A program made the translations under genes and the position numbers. Below the pieces are notes generated by a model. The model was not told where the DNA came from, ran no database searches, and was given only the letters and a program-made list of their open reading frames with translations. Of a stretch of 64,000 nucleotides of DNA, positions 30,463 to 40,610 are shown one piece after another. Origin of the DNA: Candidatus Latescibacterota bacterium (lineage in GTDB: Bacteria; Latescibacterota; UBA2968; UBA8231). Location of the stretch: positions 2,350,936 through 2,414,935 of the forward strand of contig CBDCNM010000002.1 of the NCBI GenBank assembly GCA_965219385.1, given 5' to 3'. Within the stretch, counting starts at the first letter, position 1; the number at the start of each line of letters is the position of its first letter.

Positions 30463-33400
30463 ATGGCGTCTGAACGACTTAAGCAAACGGCTGGTACTGC
30501 CCCGGAGAGCGTACATCGGCTCGAAGATTTGCTGGCCCAGCTCGAAGGGCATGGGCTCAAGCGCAATGGCCACGACCAAGAACTGGCCAGAGCCGCCGAT
30601 GCCGAAACCTATTACGGGGACAATGATCTGGCCATTGATGTGCTGCGCAACAAGTACCTGGCTCCGGGAGAGACCGGTCCCCTGCAGATGTGGGATCGGA
30701 TTGCCCGGGCCATGGCCTCGGTGGAGCACGACAAGGAGTACTGGTACGATCGCTTCTTTTCGGTTTTGCGGGACTTCAAATTCATCCCCGGCGGCCGGGT
30801 GATGCACGGGGCCGGGCGCGATGAAGCCCGCCGCAAACCGACCCTCTCCAATTGTTATGTCATTCCCATCGAAGAAGACAGCCTCGAGGACATCTACCGC
30901 TGCTTGAGCGAATCGGCCATGGTCTACCGCACCGGCGGCGGCGTGGGCACGGATCTGTCGCTCCTGCGTCCAAAGGGCGCTTCGGTCAATGCCACGGTGG
31001 ACCAGTCACCTGGCTGTACTGCGTTCATGAACCTGTTGAGCGAGAGCACCAACGCCGTGTCACAGGCCGGCCGGCGCGGGGCGCTGATGCTAACCTTGCG
31101 GGTGGATCATCCCGACATAGAGGATTTCATCACCATCAAGAACGACTCCAACCGCACCAAAGTGCAGTACGCCAACATCAGCGTGCTGATCACCCATGAG
31201 TTTATGCAGGCGGTACTCGGGGACAAGGAATTCGATCTGAAGTGGAACGGCAAGGTTTTCCGCACCGTACAGGCCAGGGAATTGTGGGACAAGATCATCG
31301 CCAATGCCCACGCCAGCGCCGAGCCGGGCATCATTTTCTGGGACACCATGAAGGAATACCACAATGTGGAATACGCCAATCCGTTGACCAGTACTAATCC
31401 GTGCGTTACCGGAGATACCCTGGTCTATACGCGGAGCGGGCTCTACCCCATTGCCGAGCTTTGTGAAGCCGGTGCCGCAGCGGATTTGACCCTGGACTCG
31501 CGCTTCGAGGCCGGTTCGGTTGGCCCGGGCCTGACCCCTTTCCGGACCGGGATCAAGCCGGTGTTCCGGGTGCAGACGCGCGAGGGCTACGAGGTCAGGA
31601 TCACAGAGGCCCACCGCTTTATGACCGAGCGGGGTTGGGTCTGCGCCGGCGATCTGGAACCGGGAGACCGGCTCCACATCCTGGACACCAAGGGCGGCTT
31701 TGGCGACAAGGGCACCGCGGCCGAGGGGCGAGTCCAGGGCTGGTTGATCGGGGACGGTCCCATCACGGGTGAATCGGGTCATGGAGCCGAGCGGGGCTTG
31801 TGGGACCAGGATCGCGTCGAGCGGGCCGACCGTTTCGCCGCGGATGTGAACCAGGTTCTGGGCCAGGATCCGGAGACGGTGCACTATCCGGTGGGCGTGG
31901 TCCAGGTAGAGGAGCGGGATCTGGCCATTGTCGGTTCCATTCGCCGGCGCGAGCTGGTGGCCGATCAGTACGGGGTGACTGCCGAGAACGAGCTCGCCGG
32001 CCTGCCCAAGGCCGCCTTGCGGGCCTCCGAGGGATTCCAGCAGGGACTGTTGCAGGCCCTGTTCACCGCCGATGGGCACGTGGCTGACCACCCAAAAGGG
32101 GGTTCGGTGCGTCTGACCTCGGTCTCGCTGGAACTGCTCAGGGACGTGCAGAGGATGTTGCTCAACTTTGGCATTGCTTCGCGGATCTACAAGGAGCGCT
32201 ACCCGGAGCGCGAGGTCGAGATCAAAGGGCGCACCTACCAGAGCCGGGAGGTTCACGACCTGGTGATCGGCCGCGGCAACCTGCTGGAGTTCGTCGAGGA
32301 GGTCGGCTTTCTGACCACTGTCAAGCAGGACACCCTGATCAGTCGGCTGGGCGAATGCGGTGGACGCGGTTCCTACCGGGAGAAGTTCACGGCGCGCTTC
32401 GAGGCCCTGGTGCCCGAAGGCGAGGAGATGGTCTACGATCTGACCGAACCCCTCACCCACTCCTTCGCGGCCAACGGCTTTGTGGTCCACAATTGCGGCG
32501 AGCAACCTCTCGCTTCGTACACCGCCTGTAACCTGGGAAATCTGAACCTCGTCAAGTTCGTGGATCAGGGCGGCAACCTGGATTTCGACGCATTGGCCGA
32601 CGCCACGGCCGTATCTACCCGCTTCCTGGACGATGTAATCGAGTACAACATGGACAACCACGCCCTGTCCAAAATCCGCGAGGCCGTATCCTCGGACCGC
32701 CGGGTGGGCATGGGGATCACGGGACTGGCCGATGCCCTGGTGCTAATGCAGCTCAAGTACGACTCGGCCGAGGCCCTGGAGGCGGTGGACAAAATCATGC
32801 AGACCCTTTGTCACAACGCCTATGAGACCTCGGTCGAGCTGGCCCGGGAGAAGGGCGCTTTTCCGCTTTTCGAGTGGGAAGGGTTGTCCCGCAGCAAGTT
32901 CATCCAGGGCCTGCCCCAGAGCCTGAGGGGCAAGATCGAGAAATTCGGCCTGCGCAACTGCACCCTGATCACCATGCCGCCGGTCGGCACGGGCTCAATC
33001 GTAGCGGAGACTACGTCGGGCATCGAGCCGATTTTCTGCACCAGCTACAATCGTCGCGTCAAACAGGCCGACGGCGAGACCTTCCGCGACTACAAGGTCT
33101 ACCATCCGCTGATCGAGGAGGTTTTCGGCGACGACGAGAACCTGCCCGACTACGTGGTGACCGCGCATCAGATTGACCCCTTTTTCCGGGTGAAGATGCA
33201 GGGCGTCATCCAGAAGTACACCGACAGCAGCATCTCCTCCACCATCAACCTGGCGGAAGATATCGCGGTCGAGACCGTGGCCGATATCTACATCACGGCC
33301 TACGAGGAAGGCCTCAAGGGTGTGACCGTGTACCGGGAAGGCAGCCGCCAGGGCATTCTGCAAACCGAGGATACCCAGAAGAAGAAAGAAGAGGAAGCGC

Positions 33401-33927
33401 AGCCGGAGGAGCCCGAAGAGATCGCACACGGGCGCCATCCACGGCGCCGTCCCGCGGTTACGCGCGGTGTTACCGAACGTATCCGCACGGGCGAGGGCAA
33501 GATCTACGTCACCATCAACGAAGACGAGCAGGGTCTGTGCGAGGTTTTCAGTACCATTGGCAAGGCCGGCGGCAATGCCGCGGCCCAGTCCGAAGCCATC
33601 AGCCGCCTGATTTCCCTGGCTCTGCGCTCGGATATTGATCCGCAGGAGATCATCAATGAGTTGAAGGGGATTTCCGGTCCTAATCCGGTGTGGGAAAACG
33701 GAGAGCTCATTCTCTCCACGCCGGATGCCATTGGCAAGGCCATAGAGCGCCATTTGCAGCGTCGAGAGGAGGGCAGAATGGTCAAGGCGGGGGAAGCCGT
33801 TGCCGCTGTTCCAGTGGCATCGGAGGGTGAGTTCAAAACCACGATCACCTGTCCGGAGTGCGGTGTCTCCGTGATGCACGAAAGTGGTTGCCTCACCTGC
33901 AAACACTGCGGCTGGTCCAAGTGTTGA
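30463..33927 (+). CDS. nrdJ: class II (B12-dependent) ribonucleotide reductase with intein and C-terminal TSCPD/Zn-ribbon
   Basis: SNCYV, RRGALM, ANISV, EPG..F.D, TNP|intein|CGEQPL, RRVGMG, PP.GT, SGIEP, KGVTVYR; CPEC...CLTCKHCGWSKC. Confidence 0.95.
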   Translation: MASERLKQTAGTAPESVHRLEDLLAQLEGHGLKRNGHDQELARAADAETYYGDNDLAIDVLRNKYLAPGETGPLQMWDRIARAMASVEHDKEYWYDRFFSVLRDFKFIPGGRVMHGAGRDEARRKPTLSNCYVIPIEEDSLEDIYRCLSESAMVYRTGGGVGTDLSLLRPKGASVNATVDQSPGCTAFMNLLSESTNAVSQAGRRGALMLTLRVDHPDIEDFITIKNDSNRTKVQYANISVLITHEFMQAVLGDKEFDLKWNGKVFRTVQARELWDKIIANAHASAEPGIIFWDTMKEYHNVEYANPLTSTNPCVTGDTLVYTRSGLYPIAELCEAGAAADLTLDSRFEAGSVGPGLTPFRTGIKPVFRVQTREGYEVRITEAHRFMTERGWVCAGDLEPGDRLHILDTKGGFGDKGTAAEGRVQGWLIGDGPITGESGHGAERGLWDQDRVERADRFAADVNQVLGQDPETVHYPVGVVQVEERDLAIVGSIRRRELVADQYGVTAENELAGLPKAALRASEGFQQGLLQALFTADGHVADHPKGGSVRLTSVSLELLRDVQRMLLNFGIASRIYKERYPEREVEIKGRTYQSREVHDLVIGRGNLLEFVEEVGFLTTVKQDTLISRLGECGGRGSYREKFTARFEALVPEGEEMVYDLTEPLTHSFAANGFVVHNCGEQPLASYTACNLGNLNLVKFVDQGGNLDFDALADATAVSTRFLDDVIEYNMDNHALSKIREAVSSDRRVGMGITGLADALVLMQLKYDSAEALEAVDKIMQTLCHNAYETSVELAREKGAFPLFEWEGLSRSKFIQGLPQSLRGKIEKFGLRNCTLITMPPVGTGSIVAETTSGIEPIFCTSYNRRVKQADGETFRDYKVYHPLIEEVFGDDENLPDYVVTAHQIDPFFRVKMQGVIQKYTDSSISSTINLAEDIAVETVADIYITAYEEGLKGVTVYREGSRQGILQTEDTQKKKEEEAQPEEPEEIAHGRHPRRRPAVTRGVTERIRTGEGKIYVTINEDEQGLCEVFSTIGKAGGNAAAQSEAISRLISLALRSDIDPQEIINELKGISGPNPVWENGELILSTPDAIGKAIERHLQRREEGRMVKAGEAVAAVPVASEGEFKTTITCPECGVSVMHESGCLTCKHCGWSKC
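31402..32493 (+). mobile_element. intein (364 aa) with LAGLIDADG homing endonuclease domain at the NP/CGE active site
   Basis: Starts CVTGDT, block B TEAH, GWLIGDG and LQALFTADG motifs, VYDLT, ends HN followed by Cys+1. Confidence 0.95.
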
Positions 33928-33948
33928 GGTACCGGTCCTCGACCGGGG

Positions 33949-33980
33949 AGCGCGTTTGCCGCGGCAAACGCGCTTTTTTT
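33949..33980 (+). terminator. intrinsic terminator after nrdJ
   Basis: AGCGCGTTTGC..GCAAACGCGCT stem followed by T run. Confidence 0.85.
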
Positions 33981-33987
33981 GTGCTCC

Positions 33988-34746
33988 TCAGTTGACCTCC
34001 AGAACCATGCCGTCGTAGGCCAGTTCGACGTGGGGCGGGAGGGCGGCATTGGTTTTGTGGTGGTCCAGCTCGTGCGCAATGTGGGTGAGAAAGGCTTTGC
34101 CGGGTTGCAGGGCGTGGATGGCCGCGAGCGCCTGGTCGACGCTGAAGTGCGTGGGGTGCTCCTTATAGCGCAGGGCATCGAGGATGAGAATGTCCAGATC
34201 CTGTAACTTGGCCATGGACTCCTCGGGTATGGCGTTGCAATCGGTCACATAGGCGAAGGAGCCCAGGCGAAACCCCAGAACCGGCAACTTGCCGTGGTAC
34301 ACCGTCACCGGTTCGATCTCCAGACCAAAGAGTTCAAAGCGGTTCTCGATCAGGTGCAGGTCGAGTTGCGGCAGGGCGTGCCTGTAGGGTGAATCAAAGG
34401 CGTAGTCAAAGACCCTATTGATGCGTTCCAGGGTAAATGTATCGCCATAGCAGGGCAGGGGGGTATCGCGCTGAAAGCAATAGATGCGCACGTCGTCAAG
34501 GCCGTGCAGGTGGTCGGCGTGGCCATGGGTAAAAATCACGGCGTCCACTTTGGCGATGTTGTAGCGCAGGGCCTGGGTGCGCAGGTCGGGGGTGGTATCG
34601 ACCAGGATGGCGCACTCCCGGTGCTCGATCAGAATGGAACATCGCAGCCGCTTGTTCTTGGGGTCTTCGGAAAGGCACACGGGACAGTCGCAGGCGATGC
34701 GGGGAACGCCGACGGAAGTGCCGGTACCCAGGAAAGTTATTTTCAC
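33988..34746 (-). CDS. MBL-fold metallo-hydrolase (PhnP-like)
   Basis: FLGTGTS.GVP...C.C..C, THGHADHLHG, AYVTD, HPTH, LAYDG. Confidence 0.9.
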   Translation of the reverse strand: MKITFLGTGTSVGVPRIACDCPVCLSEDPKNKRLRCSILIEHRECAILVDTTPDLRTQALRYNIAKVDAVIFTHGHADHLHGLDDVRIYCFQRDTPLPCYGDTFTLERINRVFDYAFDSPYRHALPQLDLHLIENRFELFGLEIEPVTVYHGKLPVLGFRLGSFAYVTDCNAIPEESMAKLQDLDILILDALRYKEHPTHFSVDQALAAIHALQPGKAFLTHIAHELDHHKTNAALPPHVELAYDGMVLEVN

Positions 34747-35567
34747 GAGAGGTTGGGGCTTTCAGGTCGTGGGTGGACGCTGTACTCCCCGTCCGGTCCG
34801 GCTGTAGAAAGGGGGGCAGCCTCCGGGAGGGTCAGGACCTCGGGGCCTTCCTCGGCAACAGCTATGGTGTGCTCGAAGTGGGCGGCCGGCTTGCCGTCGC
34901 GGGTGGTGGCGGTCCACTGGTCCGCGCCGACGACGATTTTGCCGTTTCCAGTGCTGAGTATGGGTTCGATGGCAAGCACGTTCCCCGGGCGCAGGCGCCG
35001 TCCTCTGCCCGGAGGGCCGTAGTTGTTGATATGGGGCTCTTCGTGCAGGGCGCGACCGATGCCATGGCCGCCGAATTCGCGGATTACCGAAAGTCCCCGG
35101 GCTTCGGCATGGGTCTGAATGGCATGGGAGATATCGGAGACCCTGTTGCCCTTGCGGGCCTGCTGGATACCGATGTCCAGGCACGCCTGAGTGGCATCCA
35201 GTAAATGCTGGAGTTCGGCGTCGATCCGGCCGATCCCTACAGTGAAAGCACCATCCCCGTAATACCCGTCGAGCAGGACCCCGACATCTACGGTGATGAT
35301 ATCCCCTTCTTGCAGAAAGGTCCTGCCTGGAATACCGTGGACCGTCTCGGCGTTTATTGAAGTGCAAATGGATGCCGGGAAGCCGTGGTAACCTTTAAAC
35401 GCCGGCACGGCACCGTGGGCGCGAATGGCGTTCTCGGCGAGAGCGTTCAGCTCAAGGGTGCTTATGCCCGGACCGATGGCTTCTTCAAGGACCTTCTGAA
35501 CCAGAGCAACAAGCTGGCAACTGGAGCGGATGCGATCTATTTCTCGGGGGGTTCGCCGTGCGATCAT
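34743..35567 (-). CDS. map: type I methionine aminopeptidase
   Basis: FPASICTSIN..VHGIP, DVG....YGD, GHGIG..LHEEP, AIEP, AHFEHT; AGGAG RBS. Confidence 0.95.
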   Translation of the reverse strand: MIARRTPREIDRIRSSCQLVALVQKVLEEAIGPGISTLELNALAENAIRAHGAVPAFKGYHGFPASICTSINAETVHGIPGRTFLQEGDIITVDVGVLLDGYYGDGAFTVGIGRIDAELQHLLDATQACLDIGIQQARKGNRVSDISHAIQTHAEARGLSVIREFGGHGIGRALHEEPHINNYGPPGRGRRLRPGNVLAIEPILSTGNGKIVVGADQWTATTRDGKPAAHFEHTIAVAEEGPEVLTLPEAAPLSTAGPDGEYSVHPRPESPNLS

Positions 35568-35662
35568 GCTACTCCTGGAGCACCTGGGGAGTTTGTTGGC
35601 CACGTTTTACGAAATGGATGCTGGAGGGATTTGTCAAGGGAGATAGGCTCTGCGCGCAGCAT

Positions 35663-35691
35663 TTGCCATTTGCAAGGGTCTTGTATATATT
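35663..35691 (+). promoter_or_regulatory. sigma70-type promoter for topA
   Basis: TTGCCA-N17-TATATT. Confidence 0.55.
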
Positions 35692-35745
35692 GGGGAAATA
35701 CCCGGGGCTAATCTGCCTTGGGGCTAGAAACAAGGGAACTACGAC

Positions 35746-38007
35746 ATGGGGAAATCGTTGGTAGTGGTCGAGTCGCCGGCCAAAGCGAAGACCATAAATA
35801 AAATCCTGGGCAAGGACTTCGTCGTAAAATCGTGCATGGGGCACGTGCGCGATCTGCCCGCCAAAGAATTAGGTATCGATATAGAAAATGATTTCAGGCC
35901 GCACTACGTGACCATTCGCGGCAAGGGCAAGATCCTGACCGAATTGCGCAAAGCAGCGCAGGGCATGGAGACCATTTACCTGGCTACTGACCCGGATCGC
36001 GAAGGAGAGGCGATTGCCTGGCACGTGGCCCACGCCATAAGCCGCAAGGACGACAAGATTCAGCGCATCATGTTCAACGAGATCACGCCCAAGGCGGTGC
36101 GCGAATCTCTCAAAAGATCGGGCGACCTGGACCTGGAGAAGGTCAATGCGCAACAGGCCCGGCGGGTGCTGGATCGCCTGGTGGGCTACGAGATCAGTCC
36201 CCTGCTGTGGAAGGTCATCCACGTCGGCCTCTCCGCCGGCCGGGTGCAATCCGTGGCCCTGCGCGTGATTTGCGAACGCGACAACGAGATCAAGGCTTTT
36301 GAGCCGGATGAGTACTGGTCTATTGACGCAGTGTTCAAGACGCAGGATGGGGAGTTGTTCAAGGCGCACGTGCTCCAGTACCGCGGGGATAAGATCGAGA
36401 TCGCCGACCAGGAGGCCGCCGAGCAGATAGTGGCGGCGCTCGGGCAGGAGAATTGCTTTGTCAAAGAGGTGAAGCAACGGGAGCGACCGCGCAATCCGGC
36501 CCCTCCTTTCACCACTAGTACCCTGCAGCAGGAGTGCGCCCGACGCCTGCGTTTTTCCGTAAAGCGCACCGATGCCGTGGCCCAGCAACTCTACGAGGGT
36601 ATAGAGGTAGAAGGAGAGATCCGCGGCCTGATTACCTATATGCGCACGGATTCGGTGCGCGTTTCCGACGAAGCCATTGAAGAAGTGCGCGCTTCGATTG
36701 CGAGACTCTACAGCCCCGAGTATCTACCCGATAAGCCCAATACCTACAAGATCAAAAGCGGAGCCCAGGACGCCCACGAGGCCATCCGTCCCACCTCGGT
36801 GGCCCTGCACCCGAATCAGGTCCGGGAGTTGCTCACCAAGGATCAGGCGCGCGTCTACGAACTTATCTGGAAGCGCTTCGTGGCCTCGCAGATGAAGCTG
36901 AAGGTGCGCAGCCTGACCACGGTGGGTATCCAGGTCGGCGATTACCTTTTGCGGGCGACGGGCTCGTCGGTCAAATTCCCCGGTTTTTCCCTGGTCTACA
37001 GCGAGGCCAAGGACGAAGAAGAACAGAGCGACAAAGTGCCGGCCCATATCGCGTCGGGCGATGTCCTGGACCTGCAGGAGTTGCTGCCCGAACAACATTT
37101 CACCAGGCCGCCGCCTCGCTATACTGAAGCATCGCTGGTGAAGGAACTGGAAGCAAAGGGGATCGGTCGGCCCAGTACCTATGCCCAGATCATCACCACC
37201 ATCCAGGATCGCGAGTACGTGGAAAAGGTGGACAACCGGCACTTTGTGGCCACGGATCGGGGACAAACCGTCAACAAATTACTGGTGGAGACCTTTCCAC
37301 ACATATTCAATGTAGAATTCACCGCCCGGATGGAGGATGAACTCGATCGCATCGAAGGCGGCAAGGACAACTGGGTCGAAACCGTGCGCCAGTTTTATGC
37401 GTCCTGGAAAGACACCCTCAAGGAAGCCAATGAGCGTCGCAAAGAATTGAAGCAGGCCTTGCAGGAGGAGTCTTCTGTGGACTGCGAAGAATGTGGCCTC
37501 AGGATGGTGATCAAGTGGGGGCGCAATGGCCGCTTCCTGGCCTGTCCCGGGTTTCCCCAGTGCAAGAATGCCAAACCCCTCGGAGACGAACAGGAACAAC
37601 CCGAGACCGATGAGGTTTGCGAGCAGTGCAATTCCCCCCTGGTGGTGAAGACGGGGCGCTATGGCCGGTTTCTGGCCTGCAGTGGCTATCCGGAGTGCAA
37701 GAATGTAAAGCCTTTTTCACTGGGGATCGACTGTCCACAGGAGGACTGCGATGGCGAGCTGGTGGAGAAACAGTCCCGCAAAGGCAAGGTATTCTATGGG
37801 TGCAACAGGTTTCCAAAGTGCAAATTTGCCAGCTGGGACAAACCTGTAGAGCGGTCCTGTCCCCAGTGCCAGACCCCTCTGTTGTTCGAGAAGAGCAGTC
37901 GAAGCGGTTTCTCTGTGCTGTTTTGCCGGGTGTGCGAGTTGACTCTGGACGACGCGGGCGGGCTTGAAGAATCCAGCGTCCTGGTCGCGGCGGCATCCAG
38001 CGAGTAG
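35746..38007 (+). CDS. topA: DNA topoisomerase I
   Basis: VVESPAKA, DPDREGE, SAGRVQS, ITYMRTD, DAHEAIRPT, GIGRPST, C-terminal Zn ribbons. Confidence 0.97.
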   Translation: MGKSLVVVESPAKAKTINKILGKDFVVKSCMGHVRDLPAKELGIDIENDFRPHYVTIRGKGKILTELRKAAQGMETIYLATDPDREGEAIAWHVAHAISRKDDKIQRIMFNEITPKAVRESLKRSGDLDLEKVNAQQARRVLDRLVGYEISPLLWKVIHVGLSAGRVQSVALRVICERDNEIKAFEPDEYWSIDAVFKTQDGELFKAHVLQYRGDKIEIADQEAAEQIVAALGQENCFVKEVKQRERPRNPAPPFTTSTLQQECARRLRFSVKRTDAVAQQLYEGIEVEGEIRGLITYMRTDSVRVSDEAIEEVRASIARLYSPEYLPDKPNTYKIKSGAQDAHEAIRPTSVALHPNQVRELLTKDQARVYELIWKRFVASQMKLKVRSLTTVGIQVGDYLLRATGSSVKFPGFSLVYSEAKDEEEQSDKVPAHIASGDVLDLQELLPEQHFTRPPPRYTEASLVKELEAKGIGRPSTYAQIITTIQDREYVEKVDNRHFVATDRGQTVNKLLVETFPHIFNVEFTARMEDELDRIEGGKDNWVETVRQFYASWKDTLKEANERRKELKQALQEESSVDCEECGLRMVIKWGRNGRFLACPGFPQCKNAKPLGDEQEQPETDEVCEQCNSPLVVKTGRYGRFLACSGYPECKNVKPFSLGIDCPQEDCDGELVEKQSRKGKVFYGCNRFPKCKFASWDKPVERSCPQCQTPLLFEKSSRSGFSVLFCRVCELTLDDAGGLEESSVLVAAASSE

Positions 38008-38071
38008 TACAACAAGTGAGAAAGCGATTTTGACCGCTGAGACGGACGGCAAGCTGGACGCGCACGCCGCG

Positions 38072-38980
38072 ATGGAGAAAGCCATAGAGGTATTTCTCGA
38101 ATACCTGGAAAAGGAGCGCAAATACGCCCGCTATACCCTGGACGCGTACAGGAGGGATTTGCAGCAGTTTGCTCGCTTCCTCTATCCGAGGATAGAGGAT
38201 GTGCGGCTACCCCTTTCCGCGGTGCAACAGGGAGTGGTGCGCAGCTTTCTCGAGGAACTGGAAGACAAGGGGTTGAAGCCCAGCAGCATTGCCCGCAAGC
38301 TGGCGGCCATCCGTTCTTTCTTCAGGTATCTTTGCCGCGAACAGGTTCTGCCCGGCAGTCCGGCCAGTGGTATCGGCTCACCCTCATTCGAGCGCCCGCT
38401 GCCAGACTCCCTGGACCTGGAACAAATCGAAGAGGCGATTGACCTGCCGCCGGTGGAGGAGTTCGCCGGGGCTCGGGACCGCGCCATTCTGGAGGTGTTC
38501 TATGGTGGCGGGATTCGCCTGGGAGAACTGGTCCAGCTCAACCTTTCTTCTCTGGATCTAGAGGAAGGCACAGTGCGGGTCGTGGGCAGGGGCAAAAAGG
38601 AGCGCATTGTCCCGGTGGGGAGCATGGCCCTGCAGGTGCTTGAGGTCTACCTGCGGCGGCGCGCCCAACTCCTGCTCGATCTGGAAATCACTCAGGTGGA
38701 TGTCGGTGCTCTCTTTCTCAACGAGCAGGGGCGTCGGCTCCACCAGCGCACGGTGCAACGCATGGTCAAGCGCTACCTCGGCAAAGTGGCGGAGAACCCG
38801 CAGTTGAGTCCGCACCTGCTGCGCCATACCTTTGCCACCCACTTGCTGGAGGCCGGCGCCGATCTGCGGGCGGTGAAGGAATTGCTGGGCCACGCCACCC
38901 TTTCCACTACGCAGGTCTACACCCATGTCAGCCTGGATCGACTGCGCTCGATCTACGAGCAAGCCCACCCTAGATCCTAG
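38072..38980 (+). CDS. xerC: tyrosine recombinase XerC
   Basis: RDRAILE..Y..GIR..E, KER.VP, SPHLLRHTFATHLL, LLGH..LSTTQVYTH; follows topA; start uncertain. Confidence 0.85.
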   Translation: MEKAIEVFLEYLEKERKYARYTLDAYRRDLQQFARFLYPRIEDVRLPLSAVQQGVVRSFLEELEDKGLKPSSIARKLAAIRSFFRYLCREQVLPGSPASGIGSPSFERPLPDSLDLEQIEEAIDLPPVEEFAGARDRAILEVFYGGGIRLGELVQLNLSSLDLEEGTVRVVGRGKKERIVPVGSMALQVLEVYLRRRAQLLLDLEITQVDVGALFLNEQGRRLHQRTVQRMVKRYLGKVAENPQLSPHLLRHTFATHLLEAGADLRAVKELLGHATLSTTQVYTHVSLDRLRSIYEQAHPRS

Positions 38981-39001
38981 GAGCCTTCTTAAAGTCCACT
39001 T

Positions 39002-40597
39002 ATGCGCAGCGCCTGGCTCTTAATCCTGCTGGGCCTGCTGGCGGCCTGTGCCAAGGTTGGCCCGCCTTCGGGAGGGGCAGTGGACCGGACTCCGCCCCGC
39101 ATCACCTCGCATCATCCGCCGGCGGATGCCATCGGTCTAGCTCTGGATACTCGGGTGGAAATAGTCTTCAGCGAAAGCATGAACCGGGAGCGCACCGAGG
39201 AAGCCATTTTTGTTTCCCCCGAGGTCGGGGCGCGCTATCGATGGCGGGGACCGCGCCTGGTGGTGGAATTTGAGTCGGGCCTGCAAGCTGATCGGACCTA
39301 CGTGGTCACAGTAGGTACGGGAGCGCTCGATCTGCGCCGCAATGCCCTGGAGGAATCCTTTACCTTTGCTTTTGCCACTGGAGAAAGGATCAACCAGGGA
39401 CGCATCGAGGGCTGGGTATTCCGCGATCACCAGCCGGCCGGCACCGCCCATGTATGGGTCTACGATCTGGGGCATTTCAAGGGCCGGATGGGGAGCGACC
39501 CGCCCGCCTACCGCACCCAGAGTGGCCGGGACGGACGGTACGAATTTTCCCGGCTTTCGGCGGCCCAATACCGGCTCTTTGCCTTTGTGGATAAAGACAG
39601 GGATCAACTCTACGATAAAGGCGAATTGCTGGCCTTGCCGGCCGGGGACGTGCAGGTAGAGGAGGGGGCCCAGGTGCGGGCCGGCGACCTGGAGCTTTTC
39701 CGCCGGGCGCTGTTGCCCGGCCGCCTGCGGCGGGTACAGGCCCTGCATCGCACCCGCCTGCTGCTCGATTTCGACGAGGCCGTGGATCCGCGGGCGGTGG
39801 AGGTAGGGTTCGAAGGGCTAGAGGTCGAGGGGCTCTACGGGGTGCCGCAAGAAAAGAACAAGGTCTATGCGCTCACCTCGCCCCAGGAGCCTGGACAGCC
39901 CTATCCCTTCGCGGTTCTGAAGGTTTCCGGCCGGGCTATCGAGTGGAAAGAACCGGTGCGAGGCAGCGGACGTGCGGACTGCACCCCACCGGTGGTCTCC
40001 GACCAGTTTCCCGAAGACCAGGACATGGCCCCGGGCGATACCCTGAGGCTGGTTTTCAGCGAGGCCATGCAGGAGGGGGCGCTGGTGGATTTCTGGGTGG
40101 AGAGCGACTCGACGCGGGCGCTGGAGGGGCACTGGCAGTGGCAGGGCAAAACCTCCCTGGTCTTTGTGCCGGAGCGGCCCTACGAGCCCGGCGTTTACCG
40201 GTTGCAGGGGCGCGGGGAGTTGCTGCGCGACCTGGCGGGGCTGGCTTTAAAAGACCCCTGGGTTAAATTCGACTTCAAGGTGCTGGCCGCGCAGGACCTG
40301 GCGGGTTTGAGAGGCCGCGTCCCCGCCGGGGTGAAGCCGATCCGGGTCGTGGCGCAGCACCAGGGCCGGGAGCGGGTATATCGCACCCGAGCGGCCCCCT
40401 CTGGATTCTATATCATGGCGGATTTGCTCCCTGGTTCCTATGCGGTATTTGCTTTCGAGGATCAAAATGAGAATGGGGTACAGGACCATGGCAGTCTGGC
40501 TCCCTTTGAATTAGCCGAGCCTTATTATCGCCACCCCGAGATTGTGGACTTATCCGCGGGCGGTCTTGCCGAAGGCATCGATCTGGCCTTTGAGTGA
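39002..40597 (+). CDS. lipoprotein with bacterial Ig-like (Big_5) domains
   Basis: Lipobox LAAC, PPSGG..D.TPP, FSE.M repeated in two Ig-like units. Confidence 0.8.
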   Translation: MRSAWLLILLGLLAACAKVGPPSGGAVDRTPPRITSHHPPADAIGLALDTRVEIVFSESMNRERTEEAIFVSPEVGARYRWRGPRLVVEFESGLQADRTYVVTVGTGALDLRRNALEESFTFAFATGERINQGRIEGWVFRDHQPAGTAHVWVYDLGHFKGRMGSDPPAYRTQSGRDGRYEFSRLSAAQYRLFAFVDKDRDQLYDKGELLALPAGDVQVEEGAQVRAGDLELFRRALLPGRLRRVQALHRTRLLLDFDEAVDPRAVEVGFEGLEVEGLYGVPQEKNKVYALTSPQEPGQPYPFAVLKVSGRAIEWKEPVRGSGRADCTPPVVSDQFPEDQDMAPGDTLRLVFSEAMQEGALVDFWVESDSTRALEGHWQWQGKTSLVFVPERPYEPGVYRLQGRGELLRDLAGLALKDPWVKFDFKVLAAQDLAGLRGRVPAGVKPIRVVAQHQGRERVYRTRAAPSGFYIMADLLPGSYAVFAFEDQNENGVQDHGSLAPFELAEPYYRHPEIVDLSAGGLAEGIDLAFE

Positions 40598-40610
40598 GGG
40601 GTGAATATCC

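Noticed and set aside
38072..38980. Tyrosine recombinase as a prophage or island integrase
   Set aside because: XerC-like length and motifs, housekeeping topA context, no phage genes or att repeats seen.
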